A stretch of 64,000 nt of DNA from Smithellaceae bacterium (GCA_963667845.2 CAXXVL010000002.1:384001-448000); one strand, 5' to 3'; counted from the stretch's first letter, positions 39,677 through 49,799 are shown. The notes: generated from the letters alone by a model not told the origin. Numbers and translations: made by a program.

Positions 39677-39804
39677 TATCGTAACCTCTCAAACAGTATC
39701 AAAATTATCGGTCCTGTCATGACACACTCCTCTGTCTCACGTCCGGCGGAAACACGAGATTGTTTTACCATAAAACGGTATTATTAATAAAACACTACTT
39801 AACG

Positions 39805-39833
39805 TTGACAGTCATTTTATGGGGACGTATACG
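39805..39833 (+). promoter_or_regulatory. sigma70-type promoter candidate for the ALDH-ADH gene
   Basis: TTGACA-N17-TATACG. Confidence 0.45.
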
Positions 39834-39951
39834 GCCATATGGATCACGGATATCAAGAAAATAGGCTTTTTCAGTTATTGAAACCTGTGTACGCCGTTGA
39901 GAATTCTGAATAACCGGCGGCCACAACGATTCAAATGAAGGAGGGTTGGAA

Positions 39952-42612
39952 ATGGATCATTATAAATTGTTCATTGACGGGGAGTTCGTAGATGCGGCAA
40001 GCGGTGAAGTTTTCGAGACCATCGATCCGGGAACGGGAGCTCCCTTTGCCACGGTGGCCAAGGCAGGCAAGGCGGATGTGGAAGCGGCAATTGCCGCGGC
40101 CAGAAGGTCTTTTGACAGCGGCATCTGGAGCAATCTCAGCCCCGCCGCCCGCGCGGATAAGGTCTACGATTTTGCCGATCAGGTGGGTCAGCAAACGCTC
40201 AGGCTGGCGGTCACGGAATCGCAGGATGCGGGGCACGTCATCAAACTCTCCAAGTTCTGGGGCATGCTCGGTTCCGGAATGCTGCGCAACCTGGGCTATT
40301 ATGCCAGCCGTGATTTTCCCTGGCAGGAGGAGATCCCCTATTCAGGCAATGTCTTTGCGCCCGGTCGGGAATGGATCCGCCGTGAACCCATCGGTGTCTG
40401 CGTAGGCATCGTGCCCTGGAATTTCCCGGCAAGCATGGCCTTCTGGAAAATCGGTCTGGCCATCATTATGGGCAACAGCATTGTGCTGAAGCCGGCCACA
40501 TCCACCCCGCTCACTGCACTGATCATTGCCGAAGCGGCCAAGGCGGCAGGCATCCCCAACGGCGTTATCAATGTTCTCCCCGGACCGGGCGGGTCGCTGG
40601 GCAAGTTCCTTTGCACACATCCCGACGTAGACAAAATCGCCATCACGGGCAGCACGGAAGTAGGCCGGGAAATCATGAAGATGGCCTCTGATTCGGTGAA
40701 GAAGGTCACTTTGGAACTTGGCGGAAAGTCGGCCAATATTATTCTGGATGATGCGGATATCGATCTGGCCGTGAACGGCGCCTGCTTCGGAACTTTCTTC
40801 CATCAAGGCCAGGTCTGCGAATCGGGAACCCGTGTGCTCGTTGGGGCAAAGATTTACGATGAGTTCGTCGAAAAGATGAAGAAGCGGGCGGAACAAATCC
40901 GCGTGGGCTACCAGCTTCTGCCCGACAGCCATATGGGGCCTCTGGCCAATGCGGCTCAACTGGCCACCGTGGAGTCTTATGTAAAACTGGGTCAGACGGA
41001 AGGCGCCAAGCTCCTCACCGGCGGGAAGCGTGTCGTCATGCCCGGTCTGGAAGGCGGCTACTATTACGCTCCCACAATCTTTACCGATGTTAAGAATTCC
41101 ATGCGCGTTGCCCAGGAAGAAATCTTCGGACCCGTTGTTTGCGTCATCAAATACGACAGTGACGAGGAGGCCGTGGCGATAGCAAATGATTCGATATACG
41201 GCCTCGGAGGAGGCGTCTTTTCCCGCAGCAATGCCCGGGCCGTCCGCATAGCCGAGAAGATCCGCACGGGAACGGTCTGGATCAACAACTATCACATCTT
41301 CGCCGACTTCTGTCCTTTCGGCGGTTACAAGCAATCCGGCGTCGGCCGGGAGCTGGGAGCCGCAGGCCTTGCTGAATATACGCAGATCAAGCGCATTCAC
41401 GTGAACTCCTTTGCCGCGGTGGAGAGCAACTTTACCATGTCGTGCCTCTCCGACGAAACCAAGGTTGCCCTGGTTCAGTATAATTGTCCGACGAATGTCA
41501 TCTCCGGTCACGGGACTCTGCATGCGATTTACAAAGAAATCGTTAATCTCGGATGCAAGCGGGCCCTCATTCTGACTGATCCGGGTGTGCGCAAGGCCGG
41601 GCTGGCAAAGCTCGCGCAGGATGCGCTGGTCGAATTCTGCGTGGGCGTATACGACAATATCGCCCAGGATACGGACCTCGATATCGTGGATGCGGCGACG
41701 GCCACGGCCCGCGAACTCAGAGCGGACTGTATCGTCAGCGTCGGAGGGGGAAGCGTTATTGACACGGCAAAGGCGGTTTGTGTTACTCTGAAAAACGGCG
41801 GGAAAGCCAACGATCACATCGCCATCAACCGTCTGCAGGAGCCGCAGATCCCGCATATTGTCATTCCGACAACCTCGGGAACCGGAAGTGAAGTGACGAG
41901 TGTGGCCGTCATCAAGAGCAAGACGGCCGGACGAAAAGTCTTTTTGGTGGATCCGCGGATTATCCCCAATACTGCAATTCTCGATCCGCAGTTCACCATG
42001 ACGCTGCCGGCCGGATTGACGGCTACAACAGCGTTGGATGCCATGACGCATGCGGTGGAAGCTCTGACCAGCATCATGGCCCAACCCATCTGCGACGGCC
42101 AGGCTCTGCAGGCGATCCGCCTGATTAAAGAAAATTTGCCCAAAGTCATCACAAATCCGAAAGACGGCAAGGCCCGTAACCAGCTGCAGACCGCCGCGAC
42201 GATGGCCGGTTGGGCCTTCACCATCGCCCAGGTCGGCCTGGCTCATGCCATGGCCCACACGGTGGGCATTCTCTATAATGTGCCTCACGGTGCAGCCTGC
42301 GGTATCGTTTTACCCGCGGTGATGCGTTTCAATGTTGATTTCGCCGCCGATAAACTGGCGATGGTTGCCCAGGCGATGGGCGTGAATACCGCCGGAATGG
42401 ATGACAAAACAGCAGCATTGGCCGCGGCCGACGCTGTTGAAAAATTGATGAAAGAGGCAGGCCATCCCCTGCGTCTGCGCGACGTCGGCGTACCCCAGGA
42501 CGGTCTCGACGTTGCCGCATTCCACGCCATCTGCGATACCGCGGCCCTTTTCAATGCACGGCCCGTTTCGGATCCCGGGGAAGTGGCGGCTCTGTATAAG
42601 CAGGTGTATTAA
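39952..42612 (+). CDS. fusion of a non-acylating NAD(P)-dependent aldehyde dehydrogenase and an iron-containing alcohol dehydrogenase
   Basis: ALDH: PWNFP, TGSTEVG, LELGGKS, GQVCESG, EEIFGPV, PFGGYKQSG. Fe-ADH: GGGSVIDTAK, PTTSGTGSE, DAMTHAVE, HAMAH, PHG. RBS AGGAGG. Confidence 0.92.
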   Translation: MDHYKLFIDGEFVDAASGEVFETIDPGTGAPFATVAKAGKADVEAAIAAARRSFDSGIWSNLSPAARADKVYDFADQVGQQTLRLAVTESQDAGHVIKLSKFWGMLGSGMLRNLGYYASRDFPWQEEIPYSGNVFAPGREWIRREPIGVCVGIVPWNFPASMAFWKIGLAIIMGNSIVLKPATSTPLTALIIAEAAKAAGIPNGVINVLPGPGGSLGKFLCTHPDVDKIAITGSTEVGREIMKMASDSVKKVTLELGGKSANIILDDADIDLAVNGACFGTFFHQGQVCESGTRVLVGAKIYDEFVEKMKKRAEQIRVGYQLLPDSHMGPLANAAQLATVESYVKLGQTEGAKLLTGGKRVVMPGLEGGYYYAPTIFTDVKNSMRVAQEEIFGPVVCVIKYDSDEEAVAIANDSIYGLGGGVFSRSNARAVRIAEKIRTGTVWINNYHIFADFCPFGGYKQSGVGRELGAAGLAEYTQIKRIHVNSFAAVESNFTMSCLSDETKVALVQYNCPTNVISGHGTLHAIYKEIVNLGCKRALILTDPGVRKAGLAKLAQDALVEFCVGVYDNIAQDTDLDIVDAATATARELRADCIVSVGGGSVIDTAKAVCVTLKNGGKANDHIAINRLQEPQIPHIVIPTTSGTGSEVTSVAVIKSKTAGRKVFLVDPRIIPNTAILDPQFTMTLPAGLTATTALDAMTHAVEALTSIMAQPICDGQALQAIRLIKENLPKVITNPKDGKARNQLQTAATMAGWAFTIAQVGLAHAMAHTVGILYNVPHGAACGIVLPAVMRFNVDFAADKLAMVAQAMGVNTAGMDDKTAALAAADAVEKLMKEAGHPLRLRDVGVPQDGLDVAAFHAICDTAALFNARPVSDPGEVAALYKQVY

Positions 42613-42623
42613 GGAAAAGGAGT

Positions 42624-42781
42624 TTAGGCTGTAGACTGAAAATAGGTTAATAGGCTATAGGCTTTTAGACTGTCAGGTTAAAGGGTGCGGCGCCGAAAGC
42701 GCCGTTATCCAAACATAAAAAACAGCCGAAGGCCTTCAAAATAAACCTAAATCCCTAATAGCCTACAGGCTAATAGACTAA
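42624..42781. repeat. degenerate inverted TAGGCTG/TAGACTG-type arrays 3' of the ALDH-ADH gene
   Basis: ttaggctg tagactg..taggtta ataggcta taggctt ttagactg ... aacctaa atccctaa tagcctac aggctaa tagactaa. Confidence 0.55.
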
Positions 42782-42788
42782 GAAAATG

Positions 42789-42827
42789 AAAAAAAGGGGT
42801 TGTGAAAGTTCGCAACCCCTTTTTCTT
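42789..42827. terminator. bidirectional terminator
   Basis: aaaaaaaggggttg...caaccccttttt. Confidence 0.85.
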
Positions 42828-42848
42828 ATAAGAATAAACTTTTATTTT

Positions 42849-44708
42849 CTAGATCGTGAAACCCAGGTCGACCAGTTCCAGAGCACTCTTGTCACCGGCT
42901 TTGATAGCTTCGCACCGCGCTTTGACGGTCGTAAGGCTGTCGTTGGCAAAGAACTTTGCCGAAGCCACACGGCCCGCGTAGAAAGCGGCTTCCTGATCTT
43001 CTCTCTGGAAACCCTTCTGTTTACCAATGCTCGTCAGACCTTTTGCTTCATACATGGCGTTCAATTTCCCCTGGGCGATGGCGGCTGCGTCGAGCAGGAA
43101 GTAACCGACGACCAGGTCGCCGAAGATTTCCAGGAATTTGCTGGCGTTATAAATAGGCGCCAGGAAATCGCCGGATTTGCCGGCACCGGCAAAGAACATG
43201 GTCAGATCGATGACCGCATTCAATGCTTCTTCCACCGTGGCGGCAACTTTGGCGAATTCGGCGTTGTTCTTGTGTTTGGCAATGCCCTGTCCAATCAGGC
43301 CGGCCAGATTCATAACATTCGCGCCTTTGCGCTGGCCCAGTTTACGGCCGACGAGATCGAGCGCCTGGATGCCGTTGGTTCCTTCGTAGATGCAGGCGAT
43401 CTTTTCGTCGCGGACAAACTGTTCCACCGGGTATTCGGAGCAGAAGCCGTAACCGCCGTAAATGTCCATCGCCATTGAGCAGACCAGGAAGCCCTTGTCA
43501 CTGCAGTAGGCCTTGATAATCGGCGTCAAGAGTTCGATGTAGCCTTCCCAGTTGGCTTTTTCCTCTTCCGTCTTCGAGATCTTGCTCATGTCCATGCAAT
43601 TCGCGACGAAATAGCACATGGAACGCATGCCTTCCACAAGGGATTTCATCCACATCAGTTTTTTGCGGATATCGGGGTGATTGATGATGGCCACTGCTTT
43701 GGCGGCAGGGTTTTTCATTTCCCAAATCGGCGTGCCCTGAATGCGCTCTTTGGCATAAGCCACAGCGTGTTGATAGCTGGCCGAAGAAAGACAGAGTCCC
43801 TGCATACCGATGCCCAAACGCGCTTCGTTCATCATCTGGAACATGACCTTCAGACCGGAGCGTTCCTCACCGAGCAGTTCGCCGATGCACTTTCCGTCTT
43901 CACCGAAGTTTAACGTACAGGTGGCATTTCCTTTGATACCCATTTTATGCTCGACACCACCGCACTTCACATCATTGGATTCACCCACGGAACCATCTTC
44001 TTTAACCGTATATTTGGGAACGATAAAAATGGAGATCCCTTTGGTTCCGGCCGGATCGCCTTCGATGCGTGCCAGAACGGGATGGATGATGTTCGGGGCC
44101 AGATCATGGTCACCGGCGGAGATGAAGCACTTGGTGCCCGTAATAAGGAATTTCCCATCGGGAAGACGCTTAGCGGTGGTTTTCAAGGCGCCGACATCGG
44201 AGCCCGCGCCCGGTTCGGTGAGACACATCGTCCCGGTCCATTCGCCGGCAAACATCTTCAGCATGTATTTGTTTTTCTGCTCTTCAGAGCCGTATGTGTT
44301 GATCATATTGGCTGCGCCGTGCGTCAACCCGCCGTACATGCCGAAGGCGTAGTTGGCCGCGGCCATGGTTTCCAGCGTGGCCCAGCCCGCACAGTGGGGC
44401 AGACCCTGTCCGCCGACATCGGGAGAATCCATCGGGTTGATCCAGCCGCCTTCGGTATATTTTTTCCAGGGTTCACGGAAACACTTGGGAACGGTGACGA
44501 CGCCGTCTTTCAGGTGAGCGCCTTCTTCTCCTTCTTTCAAAGTCGGGAAGATGACATTGACGGCCAACTTTTCGGCTTCATTCATAATCATCAGAATGTC
44601 ATCCTTGGAATACCCTCCGTACTCTTCTGATGCAAAAATTTTGTCCATGCCGAATTGTTCAAAAAGAACAAACTGCTGATCACGAGTGTTTACTAATAAA
44701 TTGCCCAT
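42849..44708 (-). CDS. acyl-CoA dehydrogenase (long, DmdC/FadE5-like clade)
   Basis: GTMCLTEPGAGSDVG, GTKCFIS, EHKMGIKG, MMNEARL, GGYGF, IYEGTNGIQALDL. Confidence 0.93.
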   Translation of the reverse strand: MGNLLVNTRDQQFVLFEQFGMDKIFASEEYGGYSKDDILMIMNEAEKLAVNVIFPTLKEGEEGAHLKDGVVTVPKCFREPWKKYTEGGWINPMDSPDVGGQGLPHCAGWATLETMAAANYAFGMYGGLTHGAANMINTYGSEEQKNKYMLKMFAGEWTGTMCLTEPGAGSDVGALKTTAKRLPDGKFLITGTKCFISAGDHDLAPNIIHPVLARIEGDPAGTKGISIFIVPKYTVKEDGSVGESNDVKCGGVEHKMGIKGNATCTLNFGEDGKCIGELLGEERSGLKVMFQMMNEARLGIGMQGLCLSSASYQHAVAYAKERIQGTPIWEMKNPAAKAVAIINHPDIRKKLMWMKSLVEGMRSMCYFVANCMDMSKISKTEEEKANWEGYIELLTPIIKAYCSDKGFLVCSMAMDIYGGYGFCSEYPVEQFVRDEKIACIYEGTNGIQALDLVGRKLGQRKGANVMNLAGLIGQGIAKHKNNAEFAKVAATVEEALNAVIDLTMFFAGAGKSGDFLAPIYNASKFLEIFGDLVVGYFLLDAAAIAQGKLNAMYEAKGLTSIGKQKGFQREDQEAAFYAGRVASAKFFANDSLTTVKARCEAIKAGDKSALELVDLGFTI

Positions 44709-44934
44709 AACTAACTCCCTTCTTTTGTGTTTTGGAATTTCAAACGTTTAGAACGTCAGTTTAAGTCATTATTCCTATTCCGGACGGCCTGTGGATTTGT
44801 AAGATGGGAATGCATTCGTTCCGGCCGAAATATATTTCAGAGGTTTTCACGACCCTTACAGAATACAAAACGATTTGGAAGCATCTGCCTATGGCTCTTC
44901 AGCCTCTTACTATTTAATGACTATAATTCCAAAC

Positions 44935-44949
44935 TTGACCGAAAGTCAA
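44935..44949. promoter_or_regulatory. palindromic operator candidate overlapping the -35 of the acyl-CoA dehydrogenase promoter
   Basis: TTGAC-N5-GTCAA; the minus strand also reads TTGACT-N18-TATAGT. Confidence 0.5.
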
Positions 44950-45025
44950 TAAAAATAATAAAAAACGAGATGCACTGATCATTCTTTTTCAGTTGATGGG
45001 ACAGGATGATTAATCCGGAAAGATT

Positions 45026-47209
45026 CTACTTCTTATCATTATGATATTCATAATATTTTGCCGTTTTAACCAGCGCGGAGACCGCCTTGGGGAGCCCTTT
45101 ATAAACCGGAATGCCGGCCGACATCAGAATATTTTCGAAAACGGGAATCCATTTCCTGATTTCCTCGGATGGCTGATACTGACGCCAGACGACCATCATG
45201 GGTTTTCCATGGGTATGCTTCTGTCCTTCGCAGGCCAGGTACGAGGCGACGGTTTCAATATAGGCACCGCCGGGCGCCTTGTTGAAAAGCCAGTCAAAAG
45301 GAACGGAAATGATATAATTATCGATTTCACCGCTTTGGGAGAGGAGATCCAGCACTTCACTCATCAGCGGCAGATTAATGAAGGCGATGACGGCATCAAT
45401 CGGGTTACGGATCATGGCTCCGGCCGGCGGAATCAACTTTCTGAGTTTCCGCGTCAGGTTTTCCGAAAGAGCCGGAAGCGCCAGGTTCGCTTTGGCACAA
45501 TTGTCCGCAACGGACACGCCGATGCCCCCACCGAATCCCAGAACGGCCGTTTTCCTTCCCCGGACTCTTCCCAGGCGATGAAACGCCTGCGTGACATCGG
45601 CCATTTCTTCCAGGGACTCTACCTGGACCGCTCCGGTTTGCTGGAAAAAGGACTTCCAGATCTTCTCTCCGCCGGCCAGTGAGCCGGTATGCGAAGACAC
45701 GGCCCTGGCTCCCGATTCCGTGAGCCCGCTTTTATAGATGATTACGGGCTTGCGGCGATTGACTTCCGTGACCAGATCTCTGAGGAGCCGTCCGTCCTTC
45801 ACGCCCTCGAGATACATCGTAATGATTCTGGTTTCCTCGTCGTGTGCCAGATAATCGAGAAAATCGGTGCAGTCCAGCGTCAAAGCGTTGCCGTAACTGA
45901 CGGATTTGCTGAAATGGATACGGTAATGATCTGTAAGATAATTTGTAAAATCCTGGGCATTGCCGCCGCTCTGGCTGATCAGGGAAACAGGTCCGCTCTC
46001 ATGAGATGCGGCTTCCCAGGTCAAGAGACGGGTTTGGGGAACGTAGAATCCCATGCAATTGGGGCCGATGACGCGCAGTCCGCCCCGTCGGGCAATCGTT
46101 TCAATTTCCTGCTGCAGCCTGATCCCTTCCTCTTCACCTGATTCTTTGAAACCGGAACTGAAGATATGGACATTCTTATTGCCTGTAACGACGCATTCTT
46201 TCAAAACATCCGGAACCAGCGGCCCGGGAATGGAGATGATAACGAGATCCACCGCCTCAGGCAACGACGTCAGATTGGGATAAGCCTTTAAACCGTCGAT
46301 TTCTTCAAGCTTCGGGTTAATCGGATAAAGCCTTCCCCGATAGCCGAAATTTTTCATGCATCCGAACATCCCCGAAAACCCGCCGGCTCCCGGCCGTGTG
46401 GCGCCGACGACGGCGACCGATTCGGCATGAGTCATGACGTCGAGGGCGGCGCGAATTTCCGCTGATCTCTTGCTCAGCGCGCCTTCGCTCGGGGTTTCGT
46501 CGGTGCGTACGGCCTTGCGCTCATCAAGTACAATGAGAGCGTCGACGGCCACGACTTTTCCCTTCGGGGTAACAATCAGCGGATTGATATCCACTTCTCT
46601 GATGCTGGGTTGTTCCATCCCTAGTTTTGCCACGCCAAGTAAAACATCCGTCAACTGATCGAGATCGGCCGGAGCTTCTCCGCGAAAATTTTCCAAAAGG
46701 TTGCGAGACTTGATTTCTCGGATCATCCGATGGGCCTCTCTCTCATCAAACGGAGCGATGCGGAAAGTCGTATCGGCCAGCGCTTCGGTAAAAATACCGC
46801 CGAGGCCAAACATGACGACCGGGCCAAACTGAGCATCACGGAACATTCCGACGACAAATTCACGGCTCCCCTGAATACATGGAGAAATGAGGCATCCTTC
46901 CCAATCAGCACCTGCCGACTTTTTGATGGCGCGAAAAGCCTCGCGAATTTCTGCAGACGATTTCAGGTTTGTTTTGACCAGTCCGCGTTCCGTTTTATGG
47001 GTGAGTTTCGCACCATGACCTTTCACTACGACGGGAAATCCGATTTTTTGCGCATATAAAACGGCATCGTTCACCGTTGTGACGATTTTGTCTTTCACAA
47101 CCGGCACACCGTAATCTTTCAATAATTTTTTAGACTCAGCCTCCGTCATGGATAGCCGCCCTTCCGCTTTAACCTGCTTAATCAGTTTGTCTGCGCTCGT
47201 CATTTGCAT
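45026..47209 (-). CDS. ADP-forming acyl-CoA synthetase, ATP-grasp then CoA-binding domain order
   Basis: THKTERG, FGLGG and DINP first; then VAVVGA, GPNCMG, SQSGG, SHTGSLAG, NPID. Confidence 0.9.
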   Translation of the reverse strand: MQMTSADKLIKQVKAEGRLSMTEAESKKLLKDYGVPVVKDKIVTTVNDAVLYAQKIGFPVVVKGHGAKLTHKTERGLVKTNLKSSAEIREAFRAIKKSAGADWEGCLISPCIQGSREFVVGMFRDAQFGPVVMFGLGGIFTEALADTTFRIAPFDEREAHRMIREIKSRNLLENFRGEAPADLDQLTDVLLGVAKLGMEQPSIREVDINPLIVTPKGKVVAVDALIVLDERKAVRTDETPSEGALSKRSAEIRAALDVMTHAESVAVVGATRPGAGGFSGMFGCMKNFGYRGRLYPINPKLEEIDGLKAYPNLTSLPEAVDLVIISIPGPLVPDVLKECVVTGNKNVHIFSSGFKESGEEEGIRLQQEIETIARRGGLRVIGPNCMGFYVPQTRLLTWEAASHESGPVSLISQSGGNAQDFTNYLTDHYRIHFSKSVSYGNALTLDCTDFLDYLAHDEETRIITMYLEGVKDGRLLRDLVTEVNRRKPVIIYKSGLTESGARAVSSHTGSLAGGEKIWKSFFQQTGAVQVESLEEMADVTQAFHRLGRVRGRKTAVLGFGGGIGVSVADNCAKANLALPALSENLTRKLRKLIPPAGAMIRNPIDAVIAFINLPLMSEVLDLLSQSGEIDNYIISVPFDWLFNKAPGGAYIETVASYLACEGQKHTHGKPMMVVWRQYQPSEEIRKWIPVFENILMSAGIPVYKGLPKAVSALVKTAKYYEYHNDKK

Positions 47210-47940
47210 TTCTTTTTTCCTTCGCTCTTTATAGTCATGGCCTCCGCAATCAGCCCCTCGGCAAGGCGGAGTGTATTTTCGGTGAGAGATTTATTTTTGC
47301 GATCAAAATGCTTTGCGTCCTCCAATTGGATCACGCCGACAAGAAGGCCCCAGATAACGTCGGCCATCTCGTAAACATTCACCTCTTTGATGAGCCCCAG
47401 CTCCATCCCCTTCGTCAGAATCTGCCGGCTCAAGACAAAGTTTGCCCGTCCTTTATCGTTCAGCGCCGTTCGGACTTCCGGCCGCAACTCACCCATGAGT
47501 CCCTGCTGTTGAAACAACTGAATGATCCGGAAGGTTTCCGGCAGGTGCTCGTAGCCGTGATAGAAGGCCCCAAAGACAGCTCTGATCAGACTGGCGCCAT
47601 CATTGATTTCTCCGGTCTGCAGACTTTTCTCGACGATCTGAAGCTGCTCGCGGACATCATCGATAAGGGGCATCATGAGTGTGAAGAAAAGATCATCTTT
47701 GGCTTTGAAATAAAGATAAATGGTGGGTTTGGTCACTTCCGCCGCCAGTGCGATATCATCCATCGTGGCTTTTAAGTAGCCTTTGGCGGTGAAAACTTTT
47801 TTCGCCGCCTCGATGATGCTCTGAATCCGCTGGGCTTTTTCGCGATCTCTTCTTTGCTGGCAGATTGCTTTATGCTGATCTTCTGGTATCAATTTCCAAT
47901 TTCCCGCTGCGGCCGCCCTCCTTTTGCTGACTTTACGCAA
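47200..47940 (-). CDS. TetR/AcrR family transcriptional regulator
   Basis: AAKKVFTAKGYLKATMDDIALAAEVTKPTIYLYFKAKDDL HTH. Start uncertain. Confidence 0.9.
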   Translation of the reverse strand: MRKVSKRRAAAAGNWKLIPEDQHKAICQQRRDREKAQRIQSIIEAAKKVFTAKGYLKATMDDIALAAEVTKPTIYLYFKAKDDLFFTLMMPLIDDVREQLQIVEKSLQTGEINDGASLIRAVFGAFYHGYEHLPETFRIIQLFQQQGLMGELRPEVRTALNDKGRANFVLSRQILTKGMELGLIKEVNVYEMADVIWGLLVGVIQLEDAKHFDRKNKSLTENTLRLAEGLIAEAMTIKSEGKKKCK

Positions 47941-47958
47941 TGAGCGACAGCCCTGAAC

Positions 47959-48002
47959 TTACTGACGGTAAAGTTGTTACCATAAGTAAAGGATGCAGTC
48001 AA
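47959..48002 (-). promoter_or_regulatory. tetR promoter with two tandem TTAC-N5-GTAA palindromes
   Basis: Palindromes at 47959-47971 and 47977-47989; minus strand TTGACT-N17-TAACAA. Confidence 0.5.
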
Positions 48003-48034
48003 TAGGCGCTTTAGGTCCAGAAAATAATATTGTA

Positions 48035-48063
48035 TTGACTCATGGCTCCATTCTTCCTATACT
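48035..48063 (+). promoter_or_regulatory. sigma70-type promoter for the NfeD-SPFH genes
   Basis: TTGACT-N17-TATACT. Confidence 0.6.
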
Positions 48064-48152
48064 CCCTCTCACATTTTTAGAGTATCTTGTTCAATATCCA
48101 CGAGAAAACCTGCAGGAGGCCCGAAGGTCTTACCTGCGGAAAGGCAAACACC

Positions 48153-48596
48153 ATGTTGGATTGGTCCTTCTCACCGGCTGCGGTCTGGGCGGTCGTCGGC
48201 CTGCTTCTCCTGGTTGCCGAGCTGGCGACAGTCACTTTTATTCTTAGTTTCATCGGCCTGGGCGCATTGATTGCCGCTTTGACGACCTGGATCGGACTTA
48301 CTTCATCGCTGGGCAGTCAGTTAATCGTTTTTTCAGCATCCTCTCTGTTGTTGTTGCTGCTGCTTCGTAAAACGGCTAAAAAACTTTTTGCGGGGCATGC
48401 CGATCGCCCGCCGGATTACGCAGGGCAGAAGGTTCACGTCATTCGGCCGATACCGGCCGGCGGCGAAGGAGCAATCCAGTATCGCGGCTCGGACTGGATT
48501 GCATTTTCCGAGTCAGCACAAACCATTCCCGAAGGCGCCGTCGTGCAGATTGAGGCGATGGAAGGCATTCGCGTTAAGGTTAAACCTGTCGAATAG
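48153..48596 (+). CDS. NfeD-like membrane protein (YbbJ type)
   Basis: Three hydrophobic segments plus an OB-like C-terminus (GAIQYRGSDW); adjacent to the SPFH gene. Confidence 0.85.
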   Translation: MLDWSFSPAAVWAVVGLLLLVAELATVTFILSFIGLGALIAALTTWIGLTSSLGSQLIVFSASSLLLLLLLRKTAKKLFAGHADRPPDYAGQKVHVIRPIPAGGEGAIQYRGSDWIAFSESAQTIPEGAVVQIEAMEGIRVKVKPVE

Positions 48597-48617
48597 ACTA
48601 ATTTAGGAGGAAGGTTC

Positions 48618-49526
48618 ATGGAAATTGTTTTGATTGTCGTAGCATTACTGGCCGTGATTTTCATCGCCAAAGGAGTTTGCATCGTCCCGCAGCAAAGCGC
48701 CTACGTCGTTGAAAGGCTCGGGAAATTTGACCGGGTACTCAACGCCGGCATCAGTTACATCATCCCGTTCATTGACCGGAAGGCTTACGTACATACGCTC
48801 AAAGAACAGGCTATGGACATTCCCGAACAGATTTGCATCACCCGCGACAACGTCCAGGTCGGCGTGGACGGCGTCATCTTTATTCAGGTCTTCGATCCGC
48901 ACATGGCGTCTTACGGCATCAGCAATTACATGTTTTCAATCATCCAGCTGGCACAAACCACCATGAGAAGCGAAGTCGGCAAGATCGATCTGGATAAAAC
49001 CTTCGAAGAACGCACCACCATTAATTCCGCCATTGTCAATGCCATCAATGATGCCTCCAGAACCTGGGGCGTTAAAATCCTGCGTTACGAAATCAAAAAC
49101 ATTCGGCCTCCGGAGAATGTGCTGAACGCCATGGAAAAACAGATGCAGGCCGAACGGGAGAAACGCGCGGTGATTCTTCAATCGGAAGGCGAAAAGCAGT
49201 CAGCCGTCAATGTGGCCGAAGGCCAGAAGCAGAAAGTGGTGCTGGAATCGGAAGCCGTGCGTCAAAAGCAGATTAATGAGGCAACCGGCCAGGCGGAGGC
49301 CATCCGTGCAATCGCGAATGCTACGGCCGACGGTTTGAAAGCAGTCGCGACAGCGGTGCAGGCCCAGGGCGGCATGGAGGCGGTGCAGCTGCGCGTGGCG
49401 GAAAAACTGGTCGAGCAGTTCGGCCACCTGGCCAAACAGGGAAACACGCTCATTCTGCCGGCCAACTTCGGTGACATTTCATCGCTCATCGCTACGGCCA
49501 TGAGTGTGGTCAAACAGACGAAATAA
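48618..49526 (+). CDS. SPFH/stomatin-like protein (QmcA/paraslipin type)
   Basis: VVERLGKF, IPFID, ITRDNV, QLAQTTMRSEVG, WGVKILRYEIK, QMQAEREKRA. Confidence 0.92.
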   Translation: MEIVLIVVALLAVIFIAKGVCIVPQQSAYVVERLGKFDRVLNAGISYIIPFIDRKAYVHTLKEQAMDIPEQICITRDNVQVGVDGVIFIQVFDPHMASYGISNYMFSIIQLAQTTMRSEVGKIDLDKTFEERTTINSAIVNAINDASRTWGVKILRYEIKNIRPPENVLNAMEKQMQAEREKRAVILQSEGEKQSAVNVAEGQKQKVVLESEAVRQKQINEATGQAEAIRAIANATADGLKAVATAVQAQGGMEAVQLRVAEKLVEQFGHLAKQGNTLILPANFGDISSLIATAMSVVKQTK

Positions 49527-49532
49527 TTTCCT

Positions 49533-49565
49533 GCGGGCGGATGAACCTCCGCCCGCTTTCTTTTC
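49533..49565 (+). terminator. rho-independent terminator
   Basis: gcgggcgga-tgaacc-tccgcccgc followed by tttctttt. Confidence 0.8.
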
Positions 49566-49799
49566 CCCCTTCAAGAGTTCACGTTCCGCCCTCGCACTTC
49601 TTCGCATAACAGCACACCAGGTGACTATGCCTGAATGGAGCTTTGATGCCGGGATCCCGACTCTTTAAGTGAACCCGTTTTCAGAAAACGATCAAAATGG
49701 TCGAGCTCTAACCTGACCTGTGGTAAACTATCCGGAGTCAGGTTATTCAAGGCGTCCCCTCAAACGGGCAGCCGCCGTATTGCACAAAAGGAATAGGAC

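Noticed and set aside
40342..42288. 648-aa antisense ORF (also 4016-5359, 38459-39517, 55052-55951, 54028-54900, 2214-3026 and similar)
   Set aside because: These are shadow ORFs fully opposite well-supported genes, with no recognisable motifs; expected from codon bias.
39952..42612. Calling the fusion adhE
   Set aside because: The ALDH half has non-acylating family motifs (ELGGKS, PFGGYKQSG).
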